Part shown: positions 11,501-25,400 of the stretch, one piece after another
Layout of the letters: the number at the start of each line of letters is the position of its first letter
Position numbering within the stretch: the stretch's first letter is position 1
Assembly: GCA_040954595.2 (NCBI GenBank)
Contig: CM082577.2
Coordinates: 1,054,001-1,118,000, forward strand
DNA: 64,000 bases
Origin: Balanoglossus misakiensis
Lineage: Eukaryota > Animalia > Hemichordata
Direction: 5' to 3'
Position numbers and translations under genes: made by a program
Notes under the pieces: generated by a model
What the model was told of the DNA's origin: nothing
Seen by the model: the letters and a program-made list of their open reading frames with translations, nothing else
The model's database searches: none

Positions 11501-14500
11501 GAATTCGTGTATTCTCTCTACATACATGCCAGCATTACCTCTGTTAGAAAGTTGAATACCAATATACACAGAGCCTGAAAATTTGACTTTGCCATGGGAT
11601 GTAGCAAGACGTTTTGTTTATCAGAAGAAGATTGTCACAGATGGGTCTCCTTTCTCATATCATGTCTTCAAAGAAGAATGTTACGGGACCTTTCCGCTGA
11701 ACAGAAAATTGAGTCTGCCAGTATCAGTAATCTTCAGAGGGTTCACAGTGATATACTGAAACCCCAGGGAAGAAAGAAACATATGCCAGAGGCGTTGATG
11801 GAAATCCAGCCCTGGATGGACATTGGCATTTCAAAAATAGAATTCTGCCGTTAAGCACATAGATTACAGACATCATCAGAGAGAGGTCTCAGGTGACGGA
11901 ATAAAATAATTATATCCAAGACAAAATATACATGCTTATGTTTGGCTGAGAACTCTTCTCATCCAAGATATTTTTGTGGTTCATAAATATTGAAATGGAA
12001 CTGAAATAATTATGATTTCTGATAACCAGCAGTTTAGAAAATATTGAAAGGTTTATGATGTCTGATTGCAACATATGGTACGTGAATTTCTCTCACAGCT
12101 TAGAATTTTATGTTCTGTATTAGACTAAGCTTCATTGCATGGATGCGTCAATCCTCTGTGTTCAAGGTTCAGAGGTGTCGCAGCATACATGACTCATTAG
12201 AGCAAAAGGTCATCGTTCTCTTCTGTAGTAAATCAAAAGGAAATAAACACTATTCGATATATTCCAGGTAGTTCTTATCACCATTGATTTGATGCGGATA
12301 TAATTTTCATTTGGGAAAATAAACAAATATTTGACTGTCAATGTGATGTTGTTTATGTTGTTTATGATGGCAGGTTGCATCATGGTACCTCCATGGTTGC
12401 ATATACTATGATATGGACGTCTCCAAATGGATTACTGAGAATATGCAAATATCCCATGTTACTCTTGACATTTTGCATGGATCTGTGGGTTCCCAAATGT
12501 GCTTTATTTTGATTTGCAGCAAAACGCATGTAACAACCGCCACATTGTTTGTCAACATGACTGCTCACCTGCAAAAGCTATGAATCTCAAGAGACTAGCG
12601 TTGTTATACAGTCATCATAGATAACGGCGCCTAACTCCAGAGGTAATATATTATTAATAACGTAGAGCTGCAGGCCTTTGACGCATTCATATCAGCTTTC
12701 ACAGTCTTATCTGGCCACTACGGGTTCCTTCCATGTATCAATATGAACATATCTGCCACTTGAAGTTTCTCTGCCGCAGTGGTTATCATAAGCTGTCACT
12801 CGAGGTGAAAAGAAAAAATTTTCAATTCCAGACAGAGAAATTCAAACTTTCAATTATGGTGATGGGTACCCGTCATAAACAAAATGAAACGCCATAAACG
12901 AAATATCCAATTGAACGCGTGTAAGATTGCATTGTCACTGAGAATATTCATTTTACAGCCAGTTTTATCAATGATGGTTAAACACTTTGCTTTACAACTT
13001 TGATATTAAAACTTGTAGAAGAAAATGGAAATTGCGCGAGATAAAATGGAATTCCGAATTAGGCCTAGAATTCTCCTCTACTTTAATCTGTATCGTATAA
13101 TATTGACCATTTTTACGTCCTAGCTCCGATTTCATACTCTGAATGTAAAACGACCACGGGTAGGTTCTCTGTCGGTAATCCATGCGTGCAAGACGGTAGA
13201 TGACCTTTGTATGCGGTGACCTTTCTGGTTGACATGGTAACATATAAGCCATGTTTTAGAAACGTATGTGTAATGGGGGAGTGACGGAGGTCGTAATATT
13301 GCCACAGTAAATCTTAAGGTGACCATGTGGTATTTATTAAGGGTTCTCAAGACACATGATCTTCGGTGTTTTCCCGCCATTAAATCCCCTAAACACCGAC
13401 TCCGGAATTTTAATTGATTCATTGAATTTTTCGAAGCTGCACACGTGATCCACTTCGACAATGCAAGAATGTATTTTTCTAGACTAGCGAGAGTTATACC
13501 TTTTCAAGTAAACTCGATTGAAAATGTCGATAAATTAGACACCCATCATAAAAAATGAAAATGCATAACGTACCGTAGGCGAGGACAAACATCAGAGGGT
13601 CAGGGCTCGGGTCAACGTAACGTGTCTGGCACATCTACGTTGCACACCTGTTCAAAGAGTGCAGAAAGTAATTGACCAATCACAAGAGCTGTGATCTAAC
13701 TGTTCCAGGTGTGCGGAAAGTTATTGACCAAACCGAATTTTCGGGGTCAGTGACGATGGCTCGAATGCTATCCGAACTGTTCGTCCGCACTGCAATTTAT
13801 TACAAAAACACCTCACAAAGAATTAGAAGGTTTCGAGGATATTTTTCCAAAGATATGTCCCCGAGGCGCATAATATACCTGCTGGTTTCCACTGCCCAAA
13901 TTCTGATTTCCTTTCAAGTCCCATCGACCACCCAGCGCACGTACCCGTCGGCGTGGCTTGATTGATCTCAGCTTATTTTGTTTTCCATGAAAGTGTTTTG
14001 ATCTGCCGTAGAAGATTGATATCAGCCAGGCTTTTTTCTAATCCACTCTCTTACTGTTTTTTTTCCTCGACGAATTTTGGTAGACAAAACGGATTGCTCT
14101 GGATGCGTTGTGAAGCGTAGACAATTAATTTCAAGTCTCAAAGGTTTTCCAGGCATGTCACGCTGTCAACATTTCGCGGCAGGGGGGGGGGGGGGTAATC
14201 AACGATTCAATCCATCCCTTTATCGTGTCACTTGACAGTTTTTGCCCGACAACCAAATGTCAATTAGAGTTCTTTCATTTGAGTATTTGAAAGCATATCT
14301 GTACATACCGTTATTCAGGAGTTTCATCCATTCTGTCCCAGGTTTTATAGAGATTCTGACGTGGTACACGAACCGCAAATGAAATCGCTGATAACCTTGC
14401 CTGTTTTCATTTCCTGCGCACAAGAGATTTTCCTCGGGGTCGCTCACCTATGATATTTAAGATAATGCATGACGGTTCGCTAAAAGTCATTTACTGAACA

Positions 14501-16490
14501 CGGTAAACACTTAACAAGCCGCTTTTTCAGAGTCTTTTTTAATCCCAGACTTACCATTTGCGTAATGACTGTCATCAATCAAAGTCTTATTATATTGTTG
14601 GATTATTTTTCTCTGCCACGTTTACAAGTTCGTGCTTGTCGTTTGTTGAATATTCACGAATCCACCTGAAAGGCAAGATGGCGACCACAGCAGACGACAA
14701 ACTTTCGCTTCTAGTTACTGAAATATCGATAGAACCTGCAGTGTATGCATCTCTGTTGTAGAATTCGTGCGATTTTTATCACTTGGTTAGGTAGCAAACC
14801 CATCACGGGCAACGATTGCCGCATATGGTATGACCACACTTTCAAAAGTATTGTGTATTTTTCATCATTTATTTGATAGCTCGTGTTGTTGCAATAAAAT
14901 ATACATAAAATCATCTTAAACAGTGGAATTTAAATTAGCATCAAACGCAAGCATTTACAATACTTCAAATGTCAGCAATGGAAGTACGTTATAAACAACA
15001 AAACATTGTCATCTCGATTACTGTTAATTAATAATCTATAAAGACGATTTAACAATTCCAGAATTTCTGTACAACTACAATCACTGAAAAAATGAACCAT
15101 TTATTAAAATCCCTTCTGTGTCCCTGAATTTCAGTGCTATGACCCCGTTTGAAACTTTTGACAAAAGGGGTTAATAAATCAATGGACTGGAAGGGACCAT
15201 CGACCATTGCGGCCACACACTCACCAGACATTTCACACACCACATGTACACTGTGTATATGCATACAGCCGTGGCACATATTTGCATATCGATTTACAGA
15301 CTGGACAAGAAAACTGCAGAAGGCGTCAGTGAACATGTTGTGACCACCCTAATATTTGTGATAGACTTGATTAATTATCGATTTAATTTGAAACCCAGAC
15401 GTACACACGTATAGTTTTAGTCTACGTAAGTTATACAATTCGCAAATTTTCCAGGAAAATCACTACGTGTGTATAGGTCGCAGTGTATCAAGTGAAATGT
15501 GCCATCTGGACTTCCGACATGTATTTTCCTCAGAACATGGGATCTTATTGGGTTTACGCGTGGCAAATCAAATAAAAAGTGTGCGTGACTCAAAGATGGA
15601 ACTGGCGCCAAAACGGTTTAACACAAACCTGGCCAATACCCGTTGTGTATGTCGTGAGTTCCGCACAGTCTGAAATACTTGGAACGTTTGTGTTAATTTA
15701 TAAACTGATTGAATCAGTTATTTAAAAAAAAACTCAAAATTTTCTGTAATTTTAGTCAACCAGAAAACTGTGCAAATTTGGACGAACGGCTATAGAATAG
15801 CAAGAGACGGTGCCATCGAAAATGAACTTAACTGTCTCCTAAGCTGTGTCGTACGACGGCGCAATTATCATTACAAAAGTGGGCGTTGTCCTTTCATCGG
15901 AAAATAACGGCACTATAAATAAGTCAGTGAAAGTCTACTCAATCATATCAACAAATTTCTAAGTTCTATACAAATCTCCACGTGACAACTCTTACTCTAA
16001 TTTAAAAACAACATATCAGTACTCACTGACACTCGGAGAAAACCTGACCAAATCAACGTATATCGAATTGAAATTGAATTCTTACTTCTCTCTAGGTATG
16101 AGGTAATTTTAAATCTTGACATGGCAAACTTCTTTGAAACGGGCCCATTCACAAAAACAGTACAGCATAGATATGGTCGCTGGTGGAAACTCTAATACGA
16201 AGGCAGTTTGAATGGTGCGCATGACAAGTACAAAGGCAGTTTCGCTTGCTGATAGACACGTTAGACACGCTAGCGTTCACCATGACGACACGCTCCACTG
16301 TTATCCAAGTAAAAACCATGCAAAATCACGTGACAGAAATCGGGACCCGGTATTTAAAGAGTACTTCCTGGAATTCAAATTGAATATTTACATACATGTA
16401 ACGCAGTTCCTTCTTTACCACGCACGAAAACTGATTCGATTCATCGAGCAGCTCTCTCCCTCCCCCTCCCCCTCTCTCTGAGTGCATGTT

Positions 16491-19400
16491 CTACTGTATC
16501 ACTACACTCTTTGGTAGATGGGCCGAGAAGTACTGTATCAATTCTGGGGATGAGCCTGGGCAGTTGGTCAGCTCAAGTTCTTCTAAATTTCGCAGCTGGA
16601 CGAGACCAGATAACCCTGCTGACGTCAGAAGCGGACAACCTGGAACACAGGGAAAATATAAGCCGTGAAAATCATCATGACAAATGTAAAAGCAAACAGT
16701 AGCTCGCATAATGACGATGTACATCGTTTAAACTAAAACTATCTGACCCATTGCTGGTGGTATATCGACATGAATAAATTGATTTAGAAGCACTCCAGAA
16801 CAGGTACATGCGTCGACTGTAAAATTTTCAGTGGTGCAATATGTTTAAAGAGGATTTTTGTGTGATTTTGTCTGGATTGAGTTTTAGAGTCAGAATTGTA
16901 TAGCTTTGGGGAGAGGGTTGAGAATATTGTTCTACTGAGACTACGGCGCTTTTTCTCAGATCTTATAATTCGCTCTTTTCCATAAAATAATGATGAAATA
17001 GGTCTATGCACTATATTGGGCTAGGCGCGATAAAACGCATTTTGGTCACGTATTGATATTATTACGGTGCAGCAAATTGAATTACACTGCGTTTCAGCCG
17101 TAGTTTAAAATCTTGTAATTGGCACAGAAATTCTTAAGCTGTTGTATTTGTGAGGTAAATCATCCGTGTGTGGTAACACGACGACCACGAGCATTGAAAA
17201 CCTAGTCACGTAATTAGTCATTTCAGCATGTGTTGTATAAGTAACCCTTTATGGAATCTACGTTATTTTGCCGTTATATTCTCAGCCACGGAAATCTCGC
17301 GTCTATGAGTAAACCGTCTTTGAATGAGAGAAATTTCACCGATCATTATATTGAAACCACTGCCTTTATGGTAGTTTCTGAGCTCGACTGTAATTCTAAG
17401 AACACTCTCTGTGTCGTTGTAACTCCATGCATGCACCTTGTTATTCCAAGGGATTTGAGTTTCACACTGCATCACACCTGCTACCCTTGAAGTATCGCTA
17501 AACCTTGAGCCAAGGGGTATGTAAGTGACGTCAGAAGAGAGACTTCATCGTCGTCAAAGGCGCTTAAGATTTAGTTTCCGTCCACGACAGGGTTATAGTC
17601 TGCAGGGAAGCTTAGTCATCTTTGAATTTTGCAGGGAGGTCGGAACACATAGACTTGGGGTTACTTTTAATTGTGTAATTATATTCACATTTCAGAACCT
17701 CTTTTCTTTACTGGAATCTCAAATGTCAAGAAATTTCGTTGCATTGAAACTGGATTGACACAACTTACCCGCTAATGACAGAACGTGTAGAGTTCTCATA
17801 CTGTACAAATGTTGAAGACCGAAATCTTGCACCTGGCAACACCACCGTAGATACAGTGTTTTCATACAACCCATGGTGGATAGGAAGCCCATACCAGTGT
17901 CTGTAATTCGAACACACCTGCAAAAAATTATAAGAAAACAACGATAAGTTATTTCGTTTAAGGGTGACATTATGCAGACCAAATAAATCACTTGTCATTT
18001 TACTCAAACATGACAAACCCTTCGTGTACAGCTGCTTGTCACGTGACCAAATTTGTAAATATTCCCGTGTTTTTGTGAAACAGTATTCGACGGCTTCTGA
18101 GAAGAACAGCTGTTGTAATTTAAAAGTGTGCATACTTTTTCGCCGTCTCCCGACGGAGTTCAGATGGCAAACGGAACGTGGTGTACAAACTGACACCACG
18201 AGGACTATTATGAATTATATGCGATTAAAATTTAAAGACCAATTAGTGAGTCTGCTTTTACCAGAGCCATTCAGCTCGTCTTTTGAGTCTCAGCCGTCGC
18301 CTTCTCATTATCCGTTCCAAGCGTCGCCTTACGTATAATAGATGCTTGCACCATCTATAAACTCTGACCCGATTTCTCTCCTAAATACCAAGTACATTGT
18401 TGACTTCCGATGATGACTAATTTTTTACACTCATTCCCTGCTCATAAATGCAAAGTATATACCCCATCTGTCTGAGTGTATTTTTACAGTTGAAATGAAA
18501 GACTGTTCTCGTGAATATCATTGCGAACTTTCACCGTGCGCCCAGATTTCTCTCTCGACAGTTATGACGCAATCTGTATACGTTATTACCTGCAGCAGTC
18601 ATTATGCCTGGGCGAGATAGGGCTCAGGTGGTGATTATCGAGCGATGATAGATTTTGAGCGACAGAAAGATGTGAACTGCATATGGTTAATGCCTTTAGG
18701 CGTCACGTGATTCCGCAAACCCACAGTGTGCAGATGTTGGCGATGAATACGTTAACAACATTCGAATTTTGATGGATTTAGATTTTATGAACATTCAATC
18801 TTAACACGGCAAGCAAACGCAAATCAATCGACATGTTCCATGGATTTAAAATTGAAGAGACTGAAACGATTTCAGTATCCAGTCTTTCGACATGATCTCC
18901 ACAACTGACACAAACTGTATACCACGCCAATATGAGGAAGGAAATGATATCATTATAGATATAATTTTGAGAAATCCAACAGCTGTGCTGTATCGCCCTC
19001 TGATAATTCAATATTTATCGGAATATCGAATTTACTTGATGCGTTATGCACAAGGGAATACATTCCACAGGCAATATATCGTTTGCATCGTTGTAATGGA
19101 TGATAATAGTAGGAAGGTTGCTTTCAACACGTGATTTATAAGACCAGCCCTCAAGGGCCAACGGTGTGGTTCCTAAGAATAAGGTAAGGGTGCCAAGAAT
19201 AAGGTAACATTGACGCGATACGATCCGAGAACGTGTCTGTGTTTCGACAGCTGGACGATTCGATAACTTGTTTAGGGGAGTTGTGACGATTCGGTGACAA
19301 TGAAGATGCGCCATGATACCTCTGATAGTCATTCGTTAGAATAAACACACGTCACAGATGTTCATGCAATTTGATTGAAGCATCTGATTAGGCGCATATA

Positions 19401-22400
19401 TGTTTTACCACGATATTTAAAAGTATTGAAAGTGTCGAGACAGTACAGTGTACTTCAGTATTAAGCTCTATGGAGATTCTTCCTGTAGCCTATTATCAAC
19501 GATTTTGGCAGATTTACCGCACAATTATGTCAAAATATTTTTCTTGTCATTATTCTGTATTGCCACGGTCGATAGCGAGACTCTCGTCAATTCAAAACTT
19601 ACATTGACGGTAGTTCAATGTCTCCGTGGTGATAGTGTTACCAGCACCATGCTTGTACTTGCTGTTGGGGGTCACGTATTTGCATATGACCTTTTATCCG
19701 GGGTCTTATAAGATGAACTGTTGTCTCATGGGAATGAACTTTATCAATGCCAAGACCTTAGATATTGACCTTAGTCATAAACTATAATACTGATATATAA
19801 AGAAATATGCCGCGGTATATGGCAAGGCAACAGAAAGTATAAATGTAGACATTTGAAAAGGGTATTAAACTATATATGTAAGCAATGTGTATTATAAAAA
19901 CCACCTGCTTCTACTTCCTGACTGTATTGTCAGTCTTGAGAATATACTTACTTCCTTGTAGCCATGACAACACCCTAAGAAGCCAAGGCATTTGCAACAT
20001 AATAGAAATAACACCAGGGAACTCAGTCTGCCTACATGTACAGACTACTGGCAGCAAAGACTTGAAATGCCAATTAAGTCATTTCTCACACATGGGCGAG
20101 GGCTTACTTCCGAATTTATGTCTATGAATAATCGCAACGGAGAATACTCGTTATCAGTGACTAATCAATCAAATTTTAAGATGGAATAAAGTGTGCCACA
20201 TTTCCGTGGTAGTGTGATATTTGAGATTTCGTCGCCTGCCACTCATTCCACATAGCATTATTCGACTTACATTTCACTCGATCTGGTAACTAGCCAACAC
20301 CAAGTGTATACATTCACTTAATTCACCACTTGGCATGAATCATAATATCTAAAAGCCCCCTACACACCCCTCTTAGAGGATTTGGTCGATTTTAACGCTT
20401 GACATTTTCTGTTGCGTAAATGGAAGAAAGTTGGCAGACGTCAGTCCCGACCCATCACTTCAGTTGCATGATGTTGAGAGAAAACACTCTTCTAATGCAA
20501 CTCGATCTGCGCGTCGGAGTTTACGTCAACGAAAAAGTAGACTGTGTAAACGCCTGACGTGTCTACATCTCGAAGATTCACTTGTGAACGACACTTCCGT
20601 AATCAAACCACCGACTAAGATGCAGCAAATTCGAAAAGCGAAAAGATGCATGATTCTAAAAGCCAGGAACTTGCTTGAAAGGAAATACAGTTTGCTTCCG
20701 TACGTCACGCTTACGTCACTGTTCAGAGTTTCCTCCATTACTCTCATATCAGGTTTGATTCTTTTACTTCATTTGATCAACTCACTTCCGGTGTTACTTT
20801 GTTTCATCTTGAAGTGGCATCTCCGATAAAAGAAGCTGACGTGAGATCTCTGCATCCTCTCAGCTAGTCTGATGTGAAGATTTCTTTGTGTGAAAGTGGT
20901 TCTAGATGTGTTTCATAGAATGATGCACTGTGTAATGGTTGAATGCCGAACAAGTGCCAGAAAATCAGAAAAGCGTGGAATTCTACCGTCATTGCATAAA
21001 TTACCCTTCCCTCCCGTGAAAAAAAAAGACTCTCGAGGAAAGTTAATAACTCTGAAAATAGAAATATCGCTTCGATGATTAAAAATCTTAAAGGTGTTCT
21101 GTCCAGCTAGGTACGACGTCATATTTCAATTTGCATTCACGTTTTACCGTCGCAAGCGCTATTCTGTTGCCATAGCAGCGTTCGATTTACTTTTAATAGC
21201 ATCATATCATAAAAAGCAATCAAAGAAGGCAAATAACGAGATTCAGTTGAGGGTACCCCTAGACACGTGATTTCAGCACTCGCACATACAGAAACACATT
21301 GGTCTAGAAATTGACCCGCACACGACACGCCTTTTCGTAAAGGAGTTCCTAGCTATCAATAATATTTCCTACATTTGTTGTTGTTTTTTATATTTTATGT
21401 GGGAGAGGTATTATGGATTTTTTTCGTATCTGTCAGAAAAATGATAATTAAAGAATGCTACCCTACGATGGCATGTTTCCCTGGCTTCGGCGCCGTCTAT
21501 AAAATGAAAAATTACGCATATTGTTTCTGGACTGATTCAAAATGGAGCAAGTCTACTCTGGCGGCATATATTAATGCTGTTATGATTCAAAGTACTGTTT
21601 CCGACGTCTCTCTCTCTCTTTGCTTGTTCAGTCTCCGCGACATCTGTATGACAATATGTCCACTAACAGTCAAAATTGACAGTGGCTTTAAAATTACATC
21701 TCGACTCTTTTAAGAGCTCCGCAAGATAATGCCAGTTAATAAGATTTTGTCCTAGCGGGCACTTGCGGCCACTTAACTCAGCATAGATGTCGATTTGACT
21801 AGAATACTCCAGATTTAGATGACTACCGAACACACTTAAATTCGCCGCTCGGACGTGCGTCATCAGACAAACGTGGGTTCCTATGGCAACCAATTACAGA
21901 CCTTCCCCTGTCTTTCAAACATCCAGCCACCATCATTACCGCCCAATTCTTTACATCGTGCGATGTTAAAGGCAAAAGCGACGTCAGTAGTGTAACTGGA
22001 AATTATCATCAAATAAACTGCTTCGCTGAAACGCACACGTTTTACACGTAGGCTACGCGCACCCGATTTCCTGTCATGCTCATCGCAAGTGAATTTTATC
22101 TTCCTTCTTTACACCTATTGTCAAAATTTACCACAAAACAAATGATCATAATATGAATTACTGACACCTAACACTGGTACGTCTTTCACTAGCACTGTCC
22201 TTCAGCCAGATGTCTTTTTGCATGTATTTTTTTATCATCGGTTGAAATTTAAGAAATTATGTAATTGATGTTCACATACCTCATTCCAATTACTAATTAT
22301 TCAACGCGGTTCTATTCAACCGATTTACATCTTTCATCGATTCTGATGCCGTTCTGTTGACCTGGGAGACTAACCTTTGAGAGTGGCCGAGAAATCGACA

Positions 22401-25400
22401 CGACAAGCTCTGATGAGGCTCGCTGCGACTCGCGCACGACGCGAGTTTCACACGACATGATTTAGAAGTTCCATTACACTATAGGTTACGACTTTTGCGA
22501 GTTACTATGGGAACGCAACTGCCATCATGCCACGACGAATGTGTGGCTAATGAACAAAATGTTCATGTTGGAGACTGCCGAGAAAAGCACGACTCAGTAT
22601 TTCCGTTCTATTACATCTTGAGGCAAAGAAAATAGAGGCAGCACAAACAGTAACCCACGGAATATCTTCCTCGCATTAACCCCTTGATACAGTGCGTGAC
22701 TTGAAATGAACACAAATCTGTGTAGTTTTAATTACTTGAAAATACAGTCACGTTTCCATAGTAGCAGTTCAATACGACAATACGCGACAAGTGGTGCGTA
22801 GAATGTTTTACTGTTATCCCATTCCAAATACAGCACGTATACTTATGGCATACTGCATCATGCCAAACTTGGTTTGAATACGTTCAGCACGCAGTTGTTG
22901 AGATGCTATGCTGACAGACAGACAGACGGACGGACGGACGAAAGGACATGCATCGGAATGACTTGAGCTTCCGTGTGTAAACATACACGAAGCCTTTTGT
23001 TTTTCGAATGTGAACCTATTTTCTTAAATCGTTTCTCGATTAAACTGAGATACAGAAAAGAACTTCAAGATATGCACAGTGGGGCTTATTGAATATTAGG
23101 AAAAGTTGTCCGGAGTTCAGTAACCTTGTCTGAAAATAAGGAGTCAAGCACAGATTTCAAACCATGTCTATGTATAGTCACAATATTGATAGTTATATTA
23201 AATTACAGGTTTACAAAACACGTTCTCGCGCGTTTGTGTGTGTCGGTGCACTTCGTTTATTTTTATTGTAATGAAAATTCGTGACTGCGATCTAGCACCT
23301 GCAGGTTTCCCCCCTTCTTCCGTTTTCAATTCCTAAACAGTCAACATCTTTCGACTAAACGATTTTAGACATGCCAAGCGCCGACACATTCCGATAGAAT
23401 GTGTGCTGATAGAACGACGTGCACGGTTTCAATGTTGGTGGGCATGCAAGGCTGACGGTCCAGATTTTCCAAGGCGGCAAATAATAGTGGAGGTGTCGAA
23501 TTGTAACCAACAAATTCCTCAAGCACTTGTCATTGAGAAAAAAATAAAATGATTTATTGATATGATTAACGTCCTACGGAAATCCATTTTCCTTGGCCAC
23601 CCAGTGTGTTGCTGCCAGTGTGGATATTTATGAAACTCATTTCGATTTCCGTTCGTATTTTTAGGTCCTGTATAACAGTACTGGATACACCAAAGTAACA
23701 ACACAGAGCTATGCTTCCGCGTAAATCAGATAAACTAGTTCTGCATAATTCTACTATGATCTAGTAGCTCGCACGTACTCTACTGGCAGCTGCATGAATG
23801 ACAACATCTAGTTCAAAGGTCGCAGCAGAAAGTATATCAGCCAACGAAATAAACGCAATTGTCGAAAAAATGTGCCATTTTCTTTTGTAGTCACTTGTTA
23901 ATCAAACCACGGTCCTGGGGGACTTTGATTAAACTGAAAACGGGGAAATACGATTCTTAACATCGGAATTTGACGTTATGGAGATAGTCGCCACGGCTGC
24001 AGTTACAGTAAAGTGGTACCCGCTAGATGAAATATCACATACGAGGTCAAATTTACAAAGTCTGCGGCTTTGCAAGTGTTATAATCTATATAACCCTCGT
24101 TGATCCTTAAACCGTCGATAGAATGATTGCTTTACACGGGAAGACCATCTGTTTGCTACAACAAATTATTCAGCAAATATTTTGTAATAAAAATAAGGAA
24201 GGATTCATCAAAAGGAAAATGTGAAAATAAACGATATTGAAACGGAAATTGTGCTGCAATATGGTGACTTGAATAGAATTTCAGAATGTTATTTTTTTCA
24301 AACAGTAGCGTATTGAAGACGAACGTGACGGCCTTTCTGTGAAAATGATACGCAAACATGCATAGTGCATGGCCGCCAGGGACCTGGCCCCGTCCACGCT
24401 TTGTGTATAATGAACGTTAAACAGCGCCGGGTCACGGACGGCTTGGATGAAGCTGCAGAAATGGAGGATTCGTGTCTGTTTTTGCAATCACCTCCACGGG
24501 GTCAGAGGTCACCAAGTTCTCGACTTACCCGAGTGTGGGACGGTAACAAGGTCGGGGATCGGTGTTAAAATATGTTTACTTCCAAGCTGTGGAGGATTTC
24601 CACACATGCTGGAATGATGGTCACGGACAACGCCAGATGATGCACGGAGTAATAATGAGAACATGAAAGCTCTTGTAATTTCCACTGATGCGTTGTGATG
24701 CGTTTTGATGTGATGTGATGTGGTGTGGTGTGATGTGATGTTGTGTGGTGTGGTGTGGTGTGATGTGATCTGATGTGATGTGATGTGGTCTGATGTGGTC
24801 TGATGTGATGTAGTGTGGTGTGGTGTGTGGTATGGTATGGTGTGATGTGATGTGGTGTGATGCATTTTGATGTGATGTAATGTTACTGTCTCCATCCAGT
24901 ATTTGTTTCACAAATGAAGTTGTAGCTTATGTCAGTATTACGTTCACACATGTCTAACTCTATGGTTTGTTTGAAATGACTATATCACAGTTCAGGATGA
25001 CTCTAAAGTACTCGCCCGAAACCATGTCTCTAAAGTGTATTTTATACCTTAATGCAATTGACCGATCGTGACTTACAGTAGTTGCTCAAAGAGAAATCGA
25101 TCTTAACGGTGTGTATATTTAGCTTTTAGTCGGTCCACTGTTCTCATTTTCACGGCGACTACAACGAATGATCGCATAAAAGCATAATTGAATTTTCTTG
25201 AGGTTGTCGAAAAGAAGCTGGTTGATAATTGTGCCCAGCGGAGACAGTCCTGCCGTTGAAGGGTCACAGTCGCAACTTCTAACGTTATTTTTTATACAGT
25301 TTTGGAAGATGTCTGTGTGTCCCAAGGGTGTGACGTCACTCGTAGCACTGATGGCATGTTTATCTCAGACTTTTCTCGAGGGGAGATGAGTTCACCGTCA

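Noticed and set aside
24509-24911. His/Thr-rich ORFs that look like a metal-binding protein
   Set aside because: They are translations of the pentamer microsatellite inside the FBXL16 intron.
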